DNA of 63,921 bases, filler included, from Octopus bimaculoides (Eukaryota): assembly GCF_001194135.2 (NCBI RefSeq). It is 8 parts of 8 records of this genome, joined end to end, with 100 filler letters (N's around TTAATTAATTAA, not from the genome) between each part and the next. Parts side by side here need not be neighbours in the genome. Positions count along the whole stretch, not along the records: positions 62,553 to 63,921 come from NW_026306451.1; 7 more parts are not named here. One strand, given 5' to 3'. Shown piece by piece: positions 62,990 through 63,921 of the stretch. The position numbers were made by a program, and so were the translations under genes. Below the pieces are notes generated by a model. The model saw only the letters and a program-made list of their open reading frames with translations, ran no database searches and had not been told where the DNA came from. Within the stretch, counting starts at the first letter, position 1; each line of letters begins with the position of its first letter.

Positions 62990-63140
62990 GTATGATGTCT
63001 GATGCTGTTGTGTGATGTCTGATCTTATTGTTTGATGCTATTGTATGATGTCTGATGCTGTTGTGTGATGTCTGATGCTATTGTGTGATGTCTGATGTTA
63101 TTGTTGTGTGTTGTCTGATGCTGTTGTGTGATGCCTGAAG
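62990..63140 (+). repeat. 20-bp minisatellite (TGATGTCTGATGCTRTTGTG)n
   Basis: About seven units visible. Confidence 0.9.
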
Positions 63141-63921
63141 TACTTGTATGATATTTGATGATGTTCTGTCTTAAGAAGTATTATTGGTGTATATATTCTA
63201 TGTTGTATAATAACCTGCGATACATTATCTGTTGATCTTCCACCAGACACAACCTAATTATTTCATTTATTCTGATCTACAACAAATACTTTGATTTGTC
63301 TGATCTAGCACAACCTTCATTCAAGTATCACAATTTGTTCAAGAAAAATATTGATCCACCGAAGAGATATTTTTTGCGTCTTGTCTCATTGGATCAGATT
63401 AAACAGTTTGAGATAAGGAGAAAGATACCTTAGGAATCAAATAAGAAGGTGCAGATGAAGTAAGGAACACTTCTTGTTCTGATAAATAAACAATATTGTT
63501 TGTGTTTTATTATTCATTTTCAATTGGATACAATCAGATATGTCAAATTTATTTTGAAGTTTCATATTGATTATTGATTATGGAAATCATTTTGACATCT
63601 GGAACTATATTAACTTTATACAAACATTCTGAGGTCTGATTAGTCCAAAGATTATATTTACTTAAAGTACTAAGATAAAAATGTTACAGGAGGTGTTTTA
63701 GTACAAGCAATAGTCTAAGTTCTTTCTAACGTTGGCAGAAGGTCACAGATTTTGTGCAGAGGATATAATTCTGACCATAGTACTAGATTAATTTTAATTT
63801 CACTGACCCCCCATGGAAGTGTGTGGCCGAGTGGTTAGTGTTTGCTTCCACCGGAGTTGACTTTGATCTAATTAAATACTGCCAGGCATTTTGTCTGGTG
63901 CTCAATTGCATTATATATATA

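Overview
Repeat-dense, AT-rich animal genomic DNA with many N gaps and seven TTAATTAATTAA scaffolding linkers. The SINE families I recognise suggest an octopus (inference, not a database result). No intact host protein-coding gene can be supported, and most of the supplied ORF track is microsatellite artefact. The window holds decayed transposons: an R4/Dong LINE 3' end, a near full-length RTE LINE, two Naiad-type Penelope-like (PLE) remnants, several mariners, hAT, piggyBac-like MITEs, possible Helitron ends, and three tRNA-derived SINE families plus RTE-tail copies. Best lead: a dispersed element built as tRNA-like Pol III head + (TAA)n + tail. Its four tail copies give, as a majority consensus, a minimal type I hammerhead ribozyme. 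A second repeat family carries a variant hammerhead (CUGUNGA core). Also notable: a CpG-depleted domain at about 14.3-37.6 kb that suggests germline gene-body methylation of an unannotated transcription unit, with candidate short exons on the minus strand.
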